From Octopus vulgaris (taxonomy: Eukaryota): a stretch of 64,000 bases of DNA. The DNA lies in the NCBI GenBank assembly GCA_951406725.2, contig OX597815.1, positions 11,160,001 to 11,224,000 of the forward strand, in the 5' to 3' direction. Below are positions 13,640 to 27,359 of this stretch, piece by piece. A model generated the notes under the pieces. That model was not told the origin of the DNA. It searched no databases and was given only the letters and a program-made list of their open reading frames with translations. Position 1 is the stretch's first letter. Each line of letters begins with the position of its first letter. The position numbers and the translations under genes are program-made.

Positions 13640-16600
13640 CATAACTCAAAGCAAAACACATAAAATGGACTAGAAAGCACTTATAGAGATCTGTTGAAAG
13701 ATTTCTATACAGCTCAAGTAAACCCAGAATAGGGGGAGAAGTTGGCCAGCGAAGAAAACAGGATAGTGATGCAGTGCTACTTAGAAAGTGAACCTAAAAG
13801 GAGGGGCTAGAGAAAACGAATATTAACACTTTGGATAGAGAAGGTTATGTTTAAATTGGCTGAGCAGGGATTAGTACATCAAGCTAATGCTATTAGGAGA
13901 AGAAAGTGGATAACAGAATTGGAGGTAGAAGTGATCATAAGAGAACTAGAAAAGAAAGACCAGGTAGTATGAAAGATAAACAACAACATAAGAGATTCCA
14001 AGGAAAAAATAATAATAGAGCTACCAATAAGGAAGGGACAAACGGCACCAGCAGCTTAAGTGATTTAAGTGAGGAAGATCCGAAGATTTTAGATGAGTTG
14101 CAGGAAGTAATGAGTAAAGAAGTAAGAAAAAGATTGCCAGTATTAAAAAGCACCAACAGAAGGAAGCTGCTAGAAATGACTTGGAAAGTAGATTCAGTTA
14201 TCACTAGGATAGATATTAAAAATAAGAAAGACACTGACTTATTGATCTATGAAGGTGGGGTAGTAGTCGCTAGAAGATTAGATATCTCACAGGGAAACAT
14301 CAAAAAAGAGCAAATGTGGAAAAGGGGACCACAAAACAGAGTGAAGATTTTAAGACAAGATTTAAATAGAATAGAAACCTGGAAATTGAACAGGTTAAGA
14401 AACACAAAATGCAAATCTTCCCTTGAGAAAAGATATTTAGTTAAAGAGATAGGATTTTGGACTGTAGCAGAAGAGTTGAAACAGTGTTTCATAGCAGTAG
14501 TAGGCAAGCTGTCCAGATATCAGAAAAGAATAGTTCAGTATCAACAGAATAGATTATTTGAGACAGACCAGAGGAGATTTTATAAGCAAGTAAATAGAGG
14601 AGAAGGAAGTACTGAAAATGAGAGACCTAATGCAGAAGAAGCCAGAAAGTTCTGGAGTAATATTTGGGATAAACCAGTCAATCATGATGGAGATGCAGTA
14701 TGCTTAAAGAAAGCGAGGGAAGAAGTAATGAGTGAGAAACAGCCAGACCTAAGACTAACTAGTGCATTAATGAGCAAAGTGTTAGGAAAAATGCCGAATT
14801 GGAAGGGCCCAGGACCATATTTAGTTCAAGGGTACTGGCTAAAGAAATTTACTAGTTTACATGGAAGGCTGAGGGGACAACTTAAGAATTTCCTTAATGC
14901 AGAAATAATACCAGATTGACTGACTAGAGGGAGGACAATACTCATTATGAATGATGAGATCAAGGGTAATAATACAGCTAGCAACTATAGACCAATCACT
15001 TACTTACCATTAGTGTGGAAGTTGTTAGCAGGGATGCTTTCAGAAAGCATTTACTAGCACCTTGACAACCAGTATTTATTGTCAGAAGAACAGAAAAGTT
15101 GCAGGAAGAATGCAAGAGGAACGTATGATCTATTATACATAGACAAATCAGTTCTAAATGAAGAAAGAACTAGAAAGAAGAATCTAACAATAGCATGGAT
15201 AGATTAAAGGAAAGCGCATTACATGATGCCTCACTCATCGAGAAGTGAATGTTTGAGAATTAATTAGCTTTAGCAGAAAGGAATGGAATGTAGATCTCTA
15301 CTCAGGTGGCACACTTTTAGGGGAATTTAATAACAAAAGAGGAATGTTCCTGGGTGGATTTGTTGTCCCGTTTAATATTTGTCTTATGTTTGATCCCCCT
15401 TAGTTTAGTATTAAGGAAGGCAAAGGCAGGGTATCAGTTTAGATATAGTTTGCTCTACATGTATGATCTGAAGATTTTTAGTAAGAGTGATAAAGAGATA
15501 GATTCCTTGATACAGACTATAAGACTCTTCAGTGAAGTCACAGGCATGGAATTTGGCATAGATAAATGTGCAATATTAGTCATGAGAAGGGGTAAGTTTG
15601 TCAACAGTAAAGGCATCCAAATACCAGATGGCCAGGCATTAAAATCATTGAAAGAAAGAAGGAGAGTGTTATAAGCATCGTGGAATATTAAAATCTGACA
15701 GAGTACTAACTACAGAAATGACAACGAAAATTGAGAGGGAGTACATGAGAAGGGCGAGGAAACTAATGAAATCAAAGCTAAATTGTCAGAATCTAGTGAA
15801 GGCTGTAAATACTTGGGCAGTATCGTTACTTAGATACTCAGCAGCTTTTGTAGATTGCACAAAAACTGAATTAGTAAAGCTAGACAGAAGAAGTAGGAAG
15901 GAATTCAATATGAATGGAGGACTCCACCTAAGGGCAGGAGTAGCAAGATTATACTTACCCAGAAAGGAAAGCGGAAGAGGATTAATATCAGTAGAAGACT
16001 GCGTGGAGTTAGCTAGAGTAGGTATAAACTCCTATGTAGGTAATAGTGAAGAAAGTTTACTAAAAGTGGTTAGAGTACAGCAAGACACAAGGAAACCAGA
16101 ACCCCAAACGAAATTAAAAATCAGAAAAAAAGAACAAATGATCTGACTGGTAGGAGACGGCATTGCATGGCAGATTCCCAAAGTTAGTTGCAATAAATAG
16201 TAGTAGTGAGACATGGTTATTATTGCAGAAAGGAAAGCTAAAAAGGGAGACAGAAAGTTTGTTAGTAGCTGCATAAGATCAAGCATTAAGGATTAATTGG
16301 ACAAAAGGCAAGATAAACAAAAACCAAGTAGATTCCCAATATAAGTTATGCAAATCAAAAGATGAAAGCATTACTCATATAGTAAGTAAATGTAGCATAC
16401 TGGCACTGAAAGAATACAAGAGAAGACATGACAAGTTAGGGAGAGTAATCCACTGGAAGTTGTGTAGAAGGCTAGGACTTGAACATACTTATAAATGGTA
16501 TGAACATAAACCTAGTAAAGTACTAGCAAGTAAGAAATACAAGATGTTGAGGGACTTTAATGTTCAGAGTGACAGAATAATAGAAGCTAGAAGGCCTGAT

Positions 16601-16974
16601 TTAGTAGTAGTAGATAAAGAGAATAGAAAATGCCAGATAATTGACTTTACAGTCGCAAATGATGAAAAAATCAATATGAGATGTATAGAAAAAATAGCAA
16701 AGTTACAGGACCTAGCCATTGATTGCAGAGACTGGAAAGTGCGGGTAAAACGTATCCCAGTAGTTATATGTGAATTGGGAACTATCACTATAGCCCTGAG
16801 CAGATGCATAGAGGAAATAGGTATAAAACCCTGTTTAATACAGCTGCAGAAAACAGTGTTATTAGGGGCAGCTATGATACTTAGGAGGGCTCTCGGCATC
16901 TAAAGTTACTTGTTGTAGCCGGATATTAGGATTTTTTTCTTTTTCGAACAGTCTAATCTGTTGTGTATAAATGA
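13640..16974 (+). mobile_element. Near full-length decayed Dong/R4-clade non-LTR retrotransposon (RT, zinc knuckle, restriction-like endonuclease)
   Basis: EENRIVMQCY N-terminus; NWKGPGP..QGYWLK; NYRPIT.LPLVWKLL; LLYMYDLK (YMDD-derived); MEFGIDKC; RLYLPRKESGRGL; LCK..DESITHIVSKC..KRRHD; RRPDLVVVDK; followed by (TAA)n at 16975-17054. Confidence 0.92.
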
Positions 16975-17054
<80 letters not shown>

Positions 17055-17055
<1 letters not shown>

Positions 17056-17400
17056 TGAAAAAATGTGGCGACTACAGTACCAGTGATTGTAGGATCTCTA
17101 GGAATGATAAAAAAAAAGGTACTGAAACCTATTTGAAAATGATTCAGGCTTACCAACCTTACAGGAAGTGCAAAAAATCGTATTAACTGGAACAGCTCAT
17201 GTACTGAGAAGAGCATTATCGCTGTGAAAACAACATCCATCCATGAATTTATTTATTTATTAATTTTTAAATACATATTTTATTTGTGAATTTGCGTGTG
17301 TAATCTGGGAATGCATATAATGAGCTTCTCTGCCCTAGGTGTACGGAAAACACTCGGCGAGAAACGGAAGAAAATTTGAAGAAAGAAGGGAAAAAAATAA
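17055..17400 (+). mobile_element. 3' fragment of a second Dong/R4-like element, between (TAA)n tracts
   Basis: TVPVIVGSLGMIKK...LQEVQKIVLTGTAHVLRRALSL* plus 3' UTR, then (TAA)n at 17398-17477. Confidence 0.8.
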
Positions 17401-17406
17401 TAATGG

Positions 17407-17462
<56 letters not shown>

Positions 17463-18104
17463 TAATAATAATAATAACGATATATTTTTTTTAGTCTCAG
17501 AAGCATAGACGAAGGGGATATCGGAAGGGCAGTAAAACATTTGTGTGGGGATTTACATAAAAGATGGGAAGAAAATCGAAATGTCACTGAAATGCGATAA
17601 AAGTATACAAGTCTTGTACATTGAGTTCGTACATCTTTATCCAATGATAGTCGAAGGTTTAATATTTTGTTTGAAGTGTCAAAAGGTAGTTCTTCAAGCT
17701 TCTCAACTAAGTTGGTCTATATAACAAATCCACATCACTATCTCTCTTCTCATTCTCTGGTTTCCCATTTCAAAGGAATGTATAGTTTGCATTTACTTCA
17801 GTGAAGGCGCTGTAATATCAATGTCATGTCTCCTTAACTCCTCTGCTAAAAGAGCTGCCCGTCTTTTCTGTCTGTTTTATTCCCTGAGTTAGGCGCGAAT
17901 ATTCCAACAACCGGTTTTCAAATTCATATTGGCAATACATTTGCAGTTTTAGCTGTTGCTGCTTTTCTTCTTTGTCTTTTTACAATAAAAACGAGCAAAC
18001 ATCGGCTGCTTCATGCTGATCAGTTTGAAATCACGCAGGCATCTTTCAGAACACATTTTCTATTTCCTTCTCTCATTGCGAATAAGTAGTATTATTCCAT
18101 ACGA

Positions 18105-18282
18105 GATAAATCGGGTCAGCCGGAACTCCGTTTAGCGGCGCCTCTATAACCACAGGTCCTCTTTCAGGATCCCGGAAAAGCGGTGCGTCACGTCCTTGGC
18201 TAACTATGTATGGTGGCTTAAGGATAATGGAATCTCATACGAAATTAAATGGAGGACGATAGAGCGGTCGGGGCACTACATT
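18105..18282 (+). pseudogene. PLE GIY-YIG fragment (Naiad-like)
   Basis: RRLYNHRSSFRIPEKRCVTSLANYVWWLKDNGISYEIKWRTIE matches the NNHTLSFR...LSSHIWSLKDKGVSYNIHWKIL block near 8.0 kb. Confidence 0.75.
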
Positions 18283-18292
18283 AACACACAGA

Positions 18293-18548
18293 GGTGAAAG
18301 CACATGCATCAGTGGTTAGAGCGGGCTCACAATCATGAGGTAGTCAGTTCGATTCCTGGACCAAGTTGTGTGGTGTGTTCTTGAGCAAGATACTTTATTT
18401 CAAGTTGGTCCAGTTCGCTCGGCTGCAGAATTAAGTTCCGACGTCCTGATCCCCAGCTGTACCAGACTTTGCTTTTTTTTTTTCCCAGAAACAACTTTGC
18501 TTGACAAGTGCCTCGAAGGGGAACTTTCTAGGTACAATCCCATGGTCT
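18293..18548 (+). mobile_element. SINE family D, diverged
   Basis: A/B boxes, gtgttcttgagcaaga.actttatttc and the tail aactttcta..t.caatcccatggtc shared with 56118-56460. Confidence 0.75.
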
Positions 18549-18562
18549 TGTGTGTCTGTGTA

Positions 18563-18607
<45 letters not shown>

Positions 18608-18610
<3 letters not shown>

Positions 18611-18818
18611 CGCAATGGCCCAGTGGTTAGGGCAGCGGACTTGCGGTCGGAGGATCGCGGTTTCGATTCCCAGACCGGGCGTTGTGTGTGTTTATTGAGC
18701 GAAAAAACCTAAAAGCTCCACGAGGCTCCGGCAGGGATGGTGGGATCCCGCTGTACTCTTTCACCACTCTAAAGGCGGTGCTCCAGCATGGCCGCGGTCG
18801 AATGACTGAAACAAGTAC

Positions 18819-18836
<18 letters not shown>
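18608..18836 (+). mobile_element. Chimeric SINE: family B head plus family A 3' tail and poly(A)
   Basis: ggcgcaatggcccagtggttagggcagcggac head; switches at ~18768 to ctaaaggcggtgctccagcatggccgc...gaaacaagta. Confidence 0.8.
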
Positions 18837-18858
<22 letters not shown>

Positions 18859-18862
18859 TACT

Positions 18863-19043
18863 TTATTTAAAACAGCAGAAAATTCAACAAAAAATTTCTG
18901 CTGCTTTGAATAAAGCATATTACTCTACCACTGGTATTTGAGTACTATTTTTTCCACCTTATTTCACATTTATGTGTTTACTCCGGTATATATATATATA
19001 TATATATACCGGAGTAAACACATAAATGCGAAACAAGGTGGAA
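18863..19043. repeat. Hairpin (18863-18913) plus a ~35-bp inverted repeat around (TA)n (18952-19043)
   Basis: ttatttaaaacagcagaaa/tttctgctgctttgaataa; ttccacctt.tttc.catttatgtgtttactccgg(TA)n ccggagtaaacacataaatg.gaaa.aaggtggaa. Confidence 0.8.
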
Positions 19044-19057
19044 TGTGTGTGTATAGT

Positions 19058-19364
19058 GGAGGCGCAATGGCCCAGTGGTTAGGGCAGCCGACACGCGGTC
19101 GTAGGATTGCGGTTTCGATTCCCAGACTGGGCGTTGTGAGTGTTTATTGAGCGCAAACACTTAAAAGCCCCACGATGCTCCGGCAGGAGGTGATGGCGAG
19201 CCCTGCTGTACTCTTTCTCTCACTCTTTCTTCTGCTTGTCTGCTCGCTGGCTAAGCGAGCAGGCCAGCGGGGTGGCGTCGTTTGAAGGCTAAAACAATGC
19301 GAAACGCATTGTGACCAGCGATGTGTAACAACATCTGTTAGCCTGGTCGGTCTCGGTGATCACG

Positions 19365-19368
<4 letters not shown>
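19058..19368 (+). mobile_element. SINE family B head with an alternative tail
   Basis: Same head as 51874; tail ggtggcgtcgtttgaaggctaaaacaatgcg...gtgatcacg also stands alone, inverted, at 54909-55026. Confidence 0.85.
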
Positions 19369-19429
<61 letters not shown>

Positions 19430-19712
19430 GTATGTTTATTTAAAAAAGTAAAATGTAAAACAATATGTACTTAATGCTAGATGCCAGTTGACTCTCATGA
19501 GTTTCTCCGGATTTTCAACAGCAGAGTGTCCAGAAGTCATCCAAGCAAGCTTGATGGGGGTTATTTGCTTAGCTGTCGAGGACCAAATCATACAACAGGT
19601 TCTAGTGGGTTACATCCTACCAGTAACGCTCAAAAACGAGCGACCTGACAATATTTACTTTCATACATACATATTTATTTTTATATATGTATATGCATAT
19701 GTATACACATGT

Positions 19713-19800
<88 letters not shown>

Positions 19801-20476
19801 ATATGTGTATCCATGTAGATGCTATGCGCCCGCATGGAAGCTGTCCAATAACTAAAACAAGTATATACGTATATCTGTGTATGCGCATGTGTGTGTGTAT
19901 ATAAAATATATATATATATATATTCATACATATACAGAAATATATACCGGTGAGTATATATATGTTATATATGTATATATATATATATGTATATATGTCT
20001 GCATACATACACAGACACACACACACACACACATATATATATATTTATATATATACACACATACACAATGTCGTCTGCGTTTAATCAGGGTTAATTATAA
20101 CTGTGCCTAGATATATTCACAATATGAATATATGTGGTGAGGTGTATGTATGCATTAGGATATGTGCATACATATATACACATCTGTATGTATCTCTAAT
20201 TCGTTGTGAACGTTTAGCAACTCAGACTATAGTATTTTTGTCGGCATTATCCTCATAGCTTGTCAAGTGGTCTCATATTCATCGGTGTTTCTTCAGTAGA
20301 ATGTTTCCAGTGAATTATGATATCTCCTGTTGGCAACGGAAGACAAATATGATGATGGGGTGAGACCTCTCGCATGATTGATCAAAGGATAATAACAGTG
20401 ATGACAGCCAGATAAATATTTCAAATATAAATGCATACTCACGTTTATATATAGATAAACGCAATGAAGCTTGATA

Positions 20477-20510
<34 letters not shown>

Positions 20511-20519
20511 CATACATGC

Positions 20520-20568
<49 letters not shown>

Positions 20569-20572
<4 letters not shown>

Positions 20573-20973
20573 TAGGAGTGGCTGTGTGGTAAGTAGCTTG
20601 CTAACCAACCACATGGTTCCGGGTTCAGTCCCACTGCGTGGCATCTTGGGCAAGTGTCTTCTGCTATAGCCCCGGGCCGACCAGTGCCTTGTGAGTGGAT
20701 TTGGTAGACGGAAACTGAAAGAAGCCTGTCGTATATATGTATATATATATATAAGTGTGTGTATATGTTTGTGTGTCTGTGTTTGTACCCCTAGCATTGC
20801 TTGACAACCGATGCTGGTGTGTTAATGTCCCCGTCACTTAGCGGTTCGGCAAAACAGACCGATAGAATAAGTACTGGGCTTACAAAGAATAAGTCCCGGG
20901 GTCGATTTGCTCGACTAAAGGCGGTGGTACAGCATGGCCGCAGTCAAATGACTGAAACAAGTAGAAAGAGTAA

Positions 20974-20978
<5 letters not shown>
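20569..20978 (+). mobile_element. SINE family A
   Basis: Full copy in (TA)n; its 3' ~160 bp is repeated at 21033-21190. Confidence 0.9.
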
Positions 20979-21036
<58 letters not shown>

Positions 21037-21189
21037 TACGTCCCCGTCACATAGCGGTTCGGCAAAACAGACCGATAGAATAAGTACTGGGCTTACAAAG
21101 AATAAGTCCCGGGGTCGATTTGCTCGACTAAAGGCGGTGCTCTAGCATGGCCGCAGTCGAATGACTGAAACAAGTAAAAGAGTAAAGAG

Positions 21190-21229
<40 letters not shown>

Positions 21230-21233
<4 letters not shown>

Positions 21234-21410
21234 TAAGAAAAGGGAGAAAAAAGACAATAAAAAACAAGAACGCGAAGAAGTGGTACATGAGAGTATTGAC
21301 AAGACGCTCAGAGAATGGAAAAAAGGACGCTTTAGATTTTGAGCAAAGCTCTTCAGAAAAGGAAGACAGAGGAAAGTCTAAAAGAAAGGGAAGGAGGAGG
21401 AACAAAATAG
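21230..21410 (-). mobile_element. Diverged member of the gagc/gctc HHR short-element family
   Basis: Similar to 43218-43420; eroded HHR (rc ttttCTGAAGAgctttgctcaaaa) at 21331-21360. Confidence 0.6.
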
Positions 21411-21414
21411 ATAT

Positions 21415-21627
21415 TGACTTCAAATTTTGGCACAAGGCCAGCAATTTCGGGGTGGGGGTGCAAGTCGATAACATCGAACGCACCACTCAGTTGGTACTTA
21501 TTTTATCGGCCGCGAAAGTGTTACAGGCAATTTGACCTCGGTGGAATTTGAACTTAGAACGTGAAGACGGACGAAATACCGATAAACATTTCGCCTGGTG
21601 AGCAAACGATTTTGCTAGCTCGCCGTT
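21415..21627 (-). mobile_element. SINE family C, diverged
   Basis: Reverse complement of the family C core and head. Confidence 0.75.
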
Positions 21628-21681
21628 TTATTAGAAAGATATATTAGAAAGATAAACACATACATACATACGTACATATGC

Positions 21682-21723
<42 letters not shown>

Positions 21724-22015
21724 AAAAAAGAAGTTTGAAAACGCCACTATATTAGATAAATTTTAATTTTCTTATGAATTTTACATGTTTCGGTTCTTGA
21801 AAAAACGTATATATATATATAAACGTATATATATATATATAAACGTATATATATATATAAACGTATATATATATATATATATACGTATGCATGTATGTGT
21901 TTATCTTTATATATGTGGATATATATCATATATATATATATAACAAAAGCATGTATATATGAAAATATATTTACTCCGAGCATAACAATCACAGAATGCT
22001 AAGATAGTTTTTTAA

Positions 22016-22166
22016 CTCGACAACTATTTCATGAATCTCGGATTTACGTAATTATTGTAAAACTCATAATTTGCAGATGGAATGTGCAAAAGGTCTTGGG
22101 TATGGAACGAATCACTAAACGGTCAGAGAGAGATATTACTGTTAGTCCGGCTCCCTTCATCAAGAG
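22016..22166 (-). ncRNA. Degenerate hammerhead with a very long stem II insertion
   Basis: rc: ctc-TTGATGA-a...(~130 nt)...GAAA-tagttg-TC-gag; stem III looks like a decayed CAGCTG palindrome (compare 58915). Confidence 0.45.
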
Positions 22167-22509
22167 AAGTTGGTAAAGGCAGTTCATGTTATAGTGACAA
22201 AGATTTTAAAAGTTGAATGGGGAGAGACGAGGAAGAATAAAAGGAAAAAGCAGAAAGAGGGAGGATATAAGAGGCTCAGGAAAGTGAAATGGAGGTAGAA
22301 AGGAAGAAATGAAAGGCAGGGAGACGAAGGTGGGTGGTTCTGTGACAAACGGGAATGAACGGAGGTAAAATAGATGAAAGGGAGAGGGGTTTGGATAAGG
22401 TTAATTCATTTGAGTACCACTACGTGTTTTGTATACTAAGCATGTCTAGCTCTCGTCTTTTGTCTGTATGCCCCCTGTACGACTGAGGGCTACTTATAAA
22501 TTACAGTTA

Positions 22510-23490
22510 ATATGGATATACAATTTTTAGGCACCTCAACTAAAAATATTTTATTTCCACCCAGAGGTCTTTAAATGGAACTATTATTGCAGAAGACTAA
22601 CGACTTTACTACACGGATTAGATGGAGAGCCCTCTTCTAGACAACAAATCTAATACCTCTCACTCCTCAAAGGATAAGGACTACTATAACTTAAAAATTT
22701 ATAAAAATCTACCTGCACTGACTAACTTCGACAAAGATCTCGAAATGATTAGAAATATTAAATTCTCTTATTTATAAAACGAACTCATTCCAAAAGAACC
22801 TCACCAGGATTATCTCTAGGATAACAAATTCTTCACATCTACGTGCTTTTGGGGGGACAAAATCGGGAACTTGTACACCCTTACGACTGATATGTATACT
22901 AATTTTATATTTGAGAACTTAGTGGAAATTATGGACATGCTCATCTGCATGTTCTTAAGGATATCAACGACTTTCACTGTAAGATGATCGCAGAACTAGA
23001 AATACTGGATCGAACGGAACCCTATACTTCTAAACTTACCCCTTTACCCTGAAGAACTATAAATCTTTCTTCTTCATGAAGCCTTCTATTAGGTTTTGTT
23101 ACTCCACTAAACCAGACCTGGCTCAATTTAGTAAATGCATAACTGACCGAATCATACCCTTAGTGAAAAGTAAATTTAAGCTTCACCATTGGAGCTGTAC
23201 TGGTGATCTCATCACTTGGTTCCATTCTCTCTCTCTCTCTTTCTCTCTAATAAATCTCGCACTCCTTTCAGTTCAATACTTCAAACCATAATACCTTCAT
23301 ATCACTTATTCTATTAAACAAAGCCCTAATCTTCGCAAGTAATCATGCATCCCACTGTCGGTCGGACATCAAAATTAACCTAACGGTTAGGAAAAATAAT
23401 TATTGATTCCGTAATTCTTCTGCAGATCTCTTCGATATAACCATGGGGTCCTCGGACTCTGCGCAGATTACGATCTGGTTTGTAACTTCT
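22510..23490 (+). pseudogene. Decayed N-terminal/RT region of a Naiad-like Penelope element
   Basis: STKNILFP...RIRWRALF...LTNFDKDL..IRNIKF; GDKIGNLY; KPSIRFCYSTKPDLAQFSKCITDRII...HHWSCTGDLITWF; FDITMGSSDSAQIT. Confidence 0.75.
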
Positions 23491-24226
23491 TTCTCAGATA
23501 AACCAGCACTTCCTTAGTCTATTTTAGATAATAATTTTACAAGCCTTGTAATACTTTATTCACTCGTATTTTAGGGTTCCAATGAAAACCTATTCAAAGT
23601 TAACGTAACTTTTACAGCATTGGTGATTATTCTGTTGATATTTTGAAAAATAAATTATTGTTATTTTCTCTAAATTTTACTTTAAACCCCTTGAAACAAC
23701 AACTGGATTTTTTTGTCCACGCACATTTTAGGATTCTTCCAACAAGTTATTGAACAGCAGGAAATATTATTTTCAGAACACAAGTCTTTCTTCAAAGGAA
23801 ATTAAAAGGACAACAGCTTGATTTTAAAAATCTTCTTCTCAAATTATGCTTTGAAGTTCCCAAAGCAAAGCCTGGCCTTCTTTGTTGAGTTTTATTTTTT
23901 ACCAAAACCGTTTAAAATACAAACGACATTTTAGTAAAAATAAAAAAAAAGAAAATACATATTTTTCAGTTGTTTTACATCATTTTCTTTAATTTTAGCA
24001 TATTTGAATGTATTTATATCTTTACACGATTATCAATATCGTTCTTTAATATTTATACTTTCACTTGGTTACGTGCAAATTTTGCGGTAAATTCTCCAAA
24101 ACAAATTTGAGCTGCTTTATTTTTCCCATATTTTAGCGTTTGATACTAATATAATGTATTAATGCTAACACAAAAAAGCTAAAGTACTCTTACTAACCCT
24201 TATCCGTTGTAATATATGGTCATTCT

Positions 24227-24615
24227 AAGGCGGCGAGCTGCCAGAAATGTTAGCACGCCGGTCTAAATGCTTAGCAGTATTTCGTCTGCCGTTACGTTCT
24301 GAGTTCAAATTCCGCCGAGGTCGACTTTGCCTTTCATCCTTTCGGGGTCAATAAATTAAGTACCAGTTACGTACTGGGGTCGATATAATCGACTTAATCC
24401 GTTTGTCTGTCCTTGTTTGTCCCTTCTGTGTTTAGCCCCTTGTGGGTAGTAATGAAATAAGTATTTCGTCTGTCTTTACGTTCAAATTACGCCGAGATCG
24501 ACTTTGCCTTTCATCCTTTCGGGTACGTTAAATTAAGTACTAGTTGCGTACTAGGGTCGATCTAATCGACAGGACCCTCCCCAAAAGTTCCGGGACTTGT
24601 TCCTAGAATAGAAAA
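24227..24615 (+). mobile_element. SINE family C with an internally duplicated core
   Basis: Core gtatttcgtctg...ctttcatcctttcggg...aagtac...gggtcgat occurs at 24277 and again at 24461. Confidence 0.85.
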
Positions 24616-24846
24616 AATATATGGTCATTATGTTTCTATATATCCTTTTGTTGTCGCAAGACAGAACTAACAAGTAACATCAGTTTGGAAATGGAACTGA
24701 ATAACTACATGTTTCCTTCCTTTAATCAAGAAATGAAGTCCGTTCAGTAACTTACTAAAGGCATATATATAGCTTTCGAGTGTTTCTGACGTCGATTTAA
24801 TATGAAACGCCAGTAAATGTATGGTAAGCATTGTATAACAGATTTT

Positions 24847-25200
24847 ATACGGGAGTTGGAGAAAATAATGGAAACACCTTAAAATTTCCATCAAATTTAT
24901 TTTAATATGGAGTAAGACCGCTTTTGGCAGTAATTACAGCTTGAATTATACGACGTATGGACTCGTACAAAGTTTGAATTGTTTCTAAATGAATTTTTGT
25001 CCATTCCTCAGCAAAAAGAGTCTCCAGTTCTTGTAGTGATGATAGTTGAGAATATCGACTCCTTACTTGTTTTTCTAAAATGCTCTATAAATGTTCAATA
25101 ATATTGAGATCTGTTTGAATTGCTGCATTACCATTCTGAAAGATTGCGTTTCCTTCCGGGAACAGTTCCGCAACCATAGAATCAATTTGATCAGATAAAA
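24847..25200 (-). mobile_element. Tc1-like transposon right end with transposase C-terminus
   Basis: TA-cgggagttggagaaaataatggaaacacc TIR-like end; rc translation DLNIIEHL.SILEKQV...EEWTKI...LYES.RRIIQAVITAKSGLTPY*. Confidence 0.8.
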
Positions 25201-25298
25201 TGCTTAAATACACCTGTTTGTTGCTTATACACCTGTCTTCGTCTTTGGATTTTCTGTAAATTTCAACTCTCTCTCCCTCTCTCTCTCTCTCCCTCCCC

Positions 25299-25347
<49 letters not shown>

Positions 25348-25409
25348 TACAGGCGTAGATGTGACTATATGGTAAATAGATACACATACACACAAACACA
25401 CACCACACA

Positions 25410-25440
<31 letters not shown>

Positions 25441-25640
25441 TGACCATCCCTAAATATAGAAGTATATATATAGGTGTAGATGTGATTGGGTGGTAAAATG
25501 CCGGCTTCACAACCACATGCTTCTGGATCCAGTACTACTGCTTGATAAATTGGGCGAGTGTTTCTGCTATATCTCCGAGCCACCCTAAGCCTTTTGGATG
25601 GTTGTGATAGAGGTGAACTGAAAATATCCCGTCGTGTGTG
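25348..25640 (+). mobile_element. Old SINE family A fragments
   Basis: Two degenerate heads (aggcgtagatgtg) and the body gtgtttctgctata...gaactgaaaatatcccgtcgt. Confidence 0.55.
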
Positions 25641-25835
25641 CGTAAGTTTGACTTCCATGCGAATAGGAAAGGCTTCTTTTTTCTGTCGAGGGCTTGCACG
25701 TCCCTTTATTAGACTATTTTCTTTAGTCATTGAACGGTGATAGCCATAAGCTTTAAGACTATATAAAAAATACCATTATCATTATTTACAGGATTGTAAA
25801 CTCGGCACCGTATAGAAAACGATTCGCTCCGAAAG

Positions 25836-25925
<90 letters not shown>

Positions 25926-26081
25926 TACACACTCATATATATGAATATGAATAGATATATCTATATATTCATGTATATATCCATGTGCATGTGTGTTTGT
26001 GCCTACCCCCAATTGACAACGCTTTCCCCCCTATTAACCATTTTGCCTTGAGTATTACCTTGAATTATTATTACTAGAACA

Positions 26082-26285
26082 AAGGCGGTGAGCTGGCAGA
26101 ACCGTTAGCACGCCGGGTGAGATGCTTAACGGTATTTCCTCCGTTTTCATGTGGTGAGTTCAAATTCTGCTGAGGTCGACTTGGCCTTTCATCCTATCGG
26201 GGTCCGAGAAATTAAGTTCCAGTGAAAAACTGCAGCCAATTTAATCGGCTAGTGCCCTATCCTCAAAACTCGTGTAGAAAGAATT
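26082..26285 (+). mobile_element. SINE family C, diverged
   Basis: ggcggtgagctggcagaaccgttagcacgccggg head and core. Confidence 0.8.
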
Positions 26286-27306
26286 ATTACTACTCGAATT
26301 GAAGAAATATGTGAAAATATTCTTGACACCAGCGTAGTAAATATTTTGGAAAATTGTTCTTTCGCAGAATATAATTTCAACGTATGAGGCTTTTTTATCT
26401 TGAAAGACAAGCGTGTGAAAAATAATTATCGTTGGTGTTGCAGAAACAAAAATTCACTTAATTTAAAGGCGATAACATAAACTGAAAGATTTGCTAAGCA
26501 CAGCCATTCTTCAAATGCAAATGCAAATGCTCCAATGATGTAGGCGTCATTGAAACGCCTGCAAAATGTACAAGAAATCTTTCCTACCAAATAATTCGGC
26601 TTTGTAGGACTTCTTTCTCTCTACACTTAGCTGCATGCTTGCAGTGGAAAAATGTACGTCTTAAGGAAATAGGAAGCATTCAACCTATTTAAACAATCCC
26701 TCTTGTAAAACTAAATATTCATGTCTTTTAGAATCATTTTCTTTTTATTTTCCTGCTAAAATATTTCAAAGAGGTCATTTTAATTTTCAGTTTTTCAAGA
26801 ATACCGAAAGCTTGAATGCCCGAAATCTCTCATCCTTCGGATTTCTAACTTTTCAATCACCAAAAATTTAAATATCTTGCATTCGGCCGAGTAAAGTTCG
26901 ACCGTATGATCAGCACATCATGAACATTTATAGACACATGCATACTCAGAATGGAAAGCATGCTAAGAATATCAGGAACTGACATACTGAGTAGTTTGCA
27001 CAAGCGTTTATCCCACACCATCGATTAACTGTAGTTTGTTGTGTAGTCCTATCAACGCTTGTTTTCCAAACAAAGTGGACCGATTGTTGTTACACTCGTG
27101 CATTTCTCAATAACATTAGTGATACAAAAACAAGACATGGGATACAACAGGAAATTTACAGCGGAAGCATATTCACAGTATAATGGTTTTTCCCCTGTAC
27201 TATCGCTGACCAAAATCAATACTTACGATTAATAATCGATCTATCAACCGAACGAAATTGATTAAACTTATTAAACTGCTTATACCACCGAATAAGTGTA
27301 TGCGTT

Positions 27307-27359
<53 letters not shown>

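Noticed and set aside
19488-19525. rc TTGAAAA-tccgga-GAAA-ctcatgag hammerhead-like motif
   Set aside because: Stem II has no loop, U16.1 is absent and there is no stem I partner
21803-21885. Regularly spaced aaacg(TA)n units, superficially CRISPR-like
   Set aside because: No unique spacers; a simple minisatellite in eukaryotic DNA
26300-27150. Possible hAT transposase remnant on the minus strand
   Set aside because: Only a weak S.ER-like match; no termini identified
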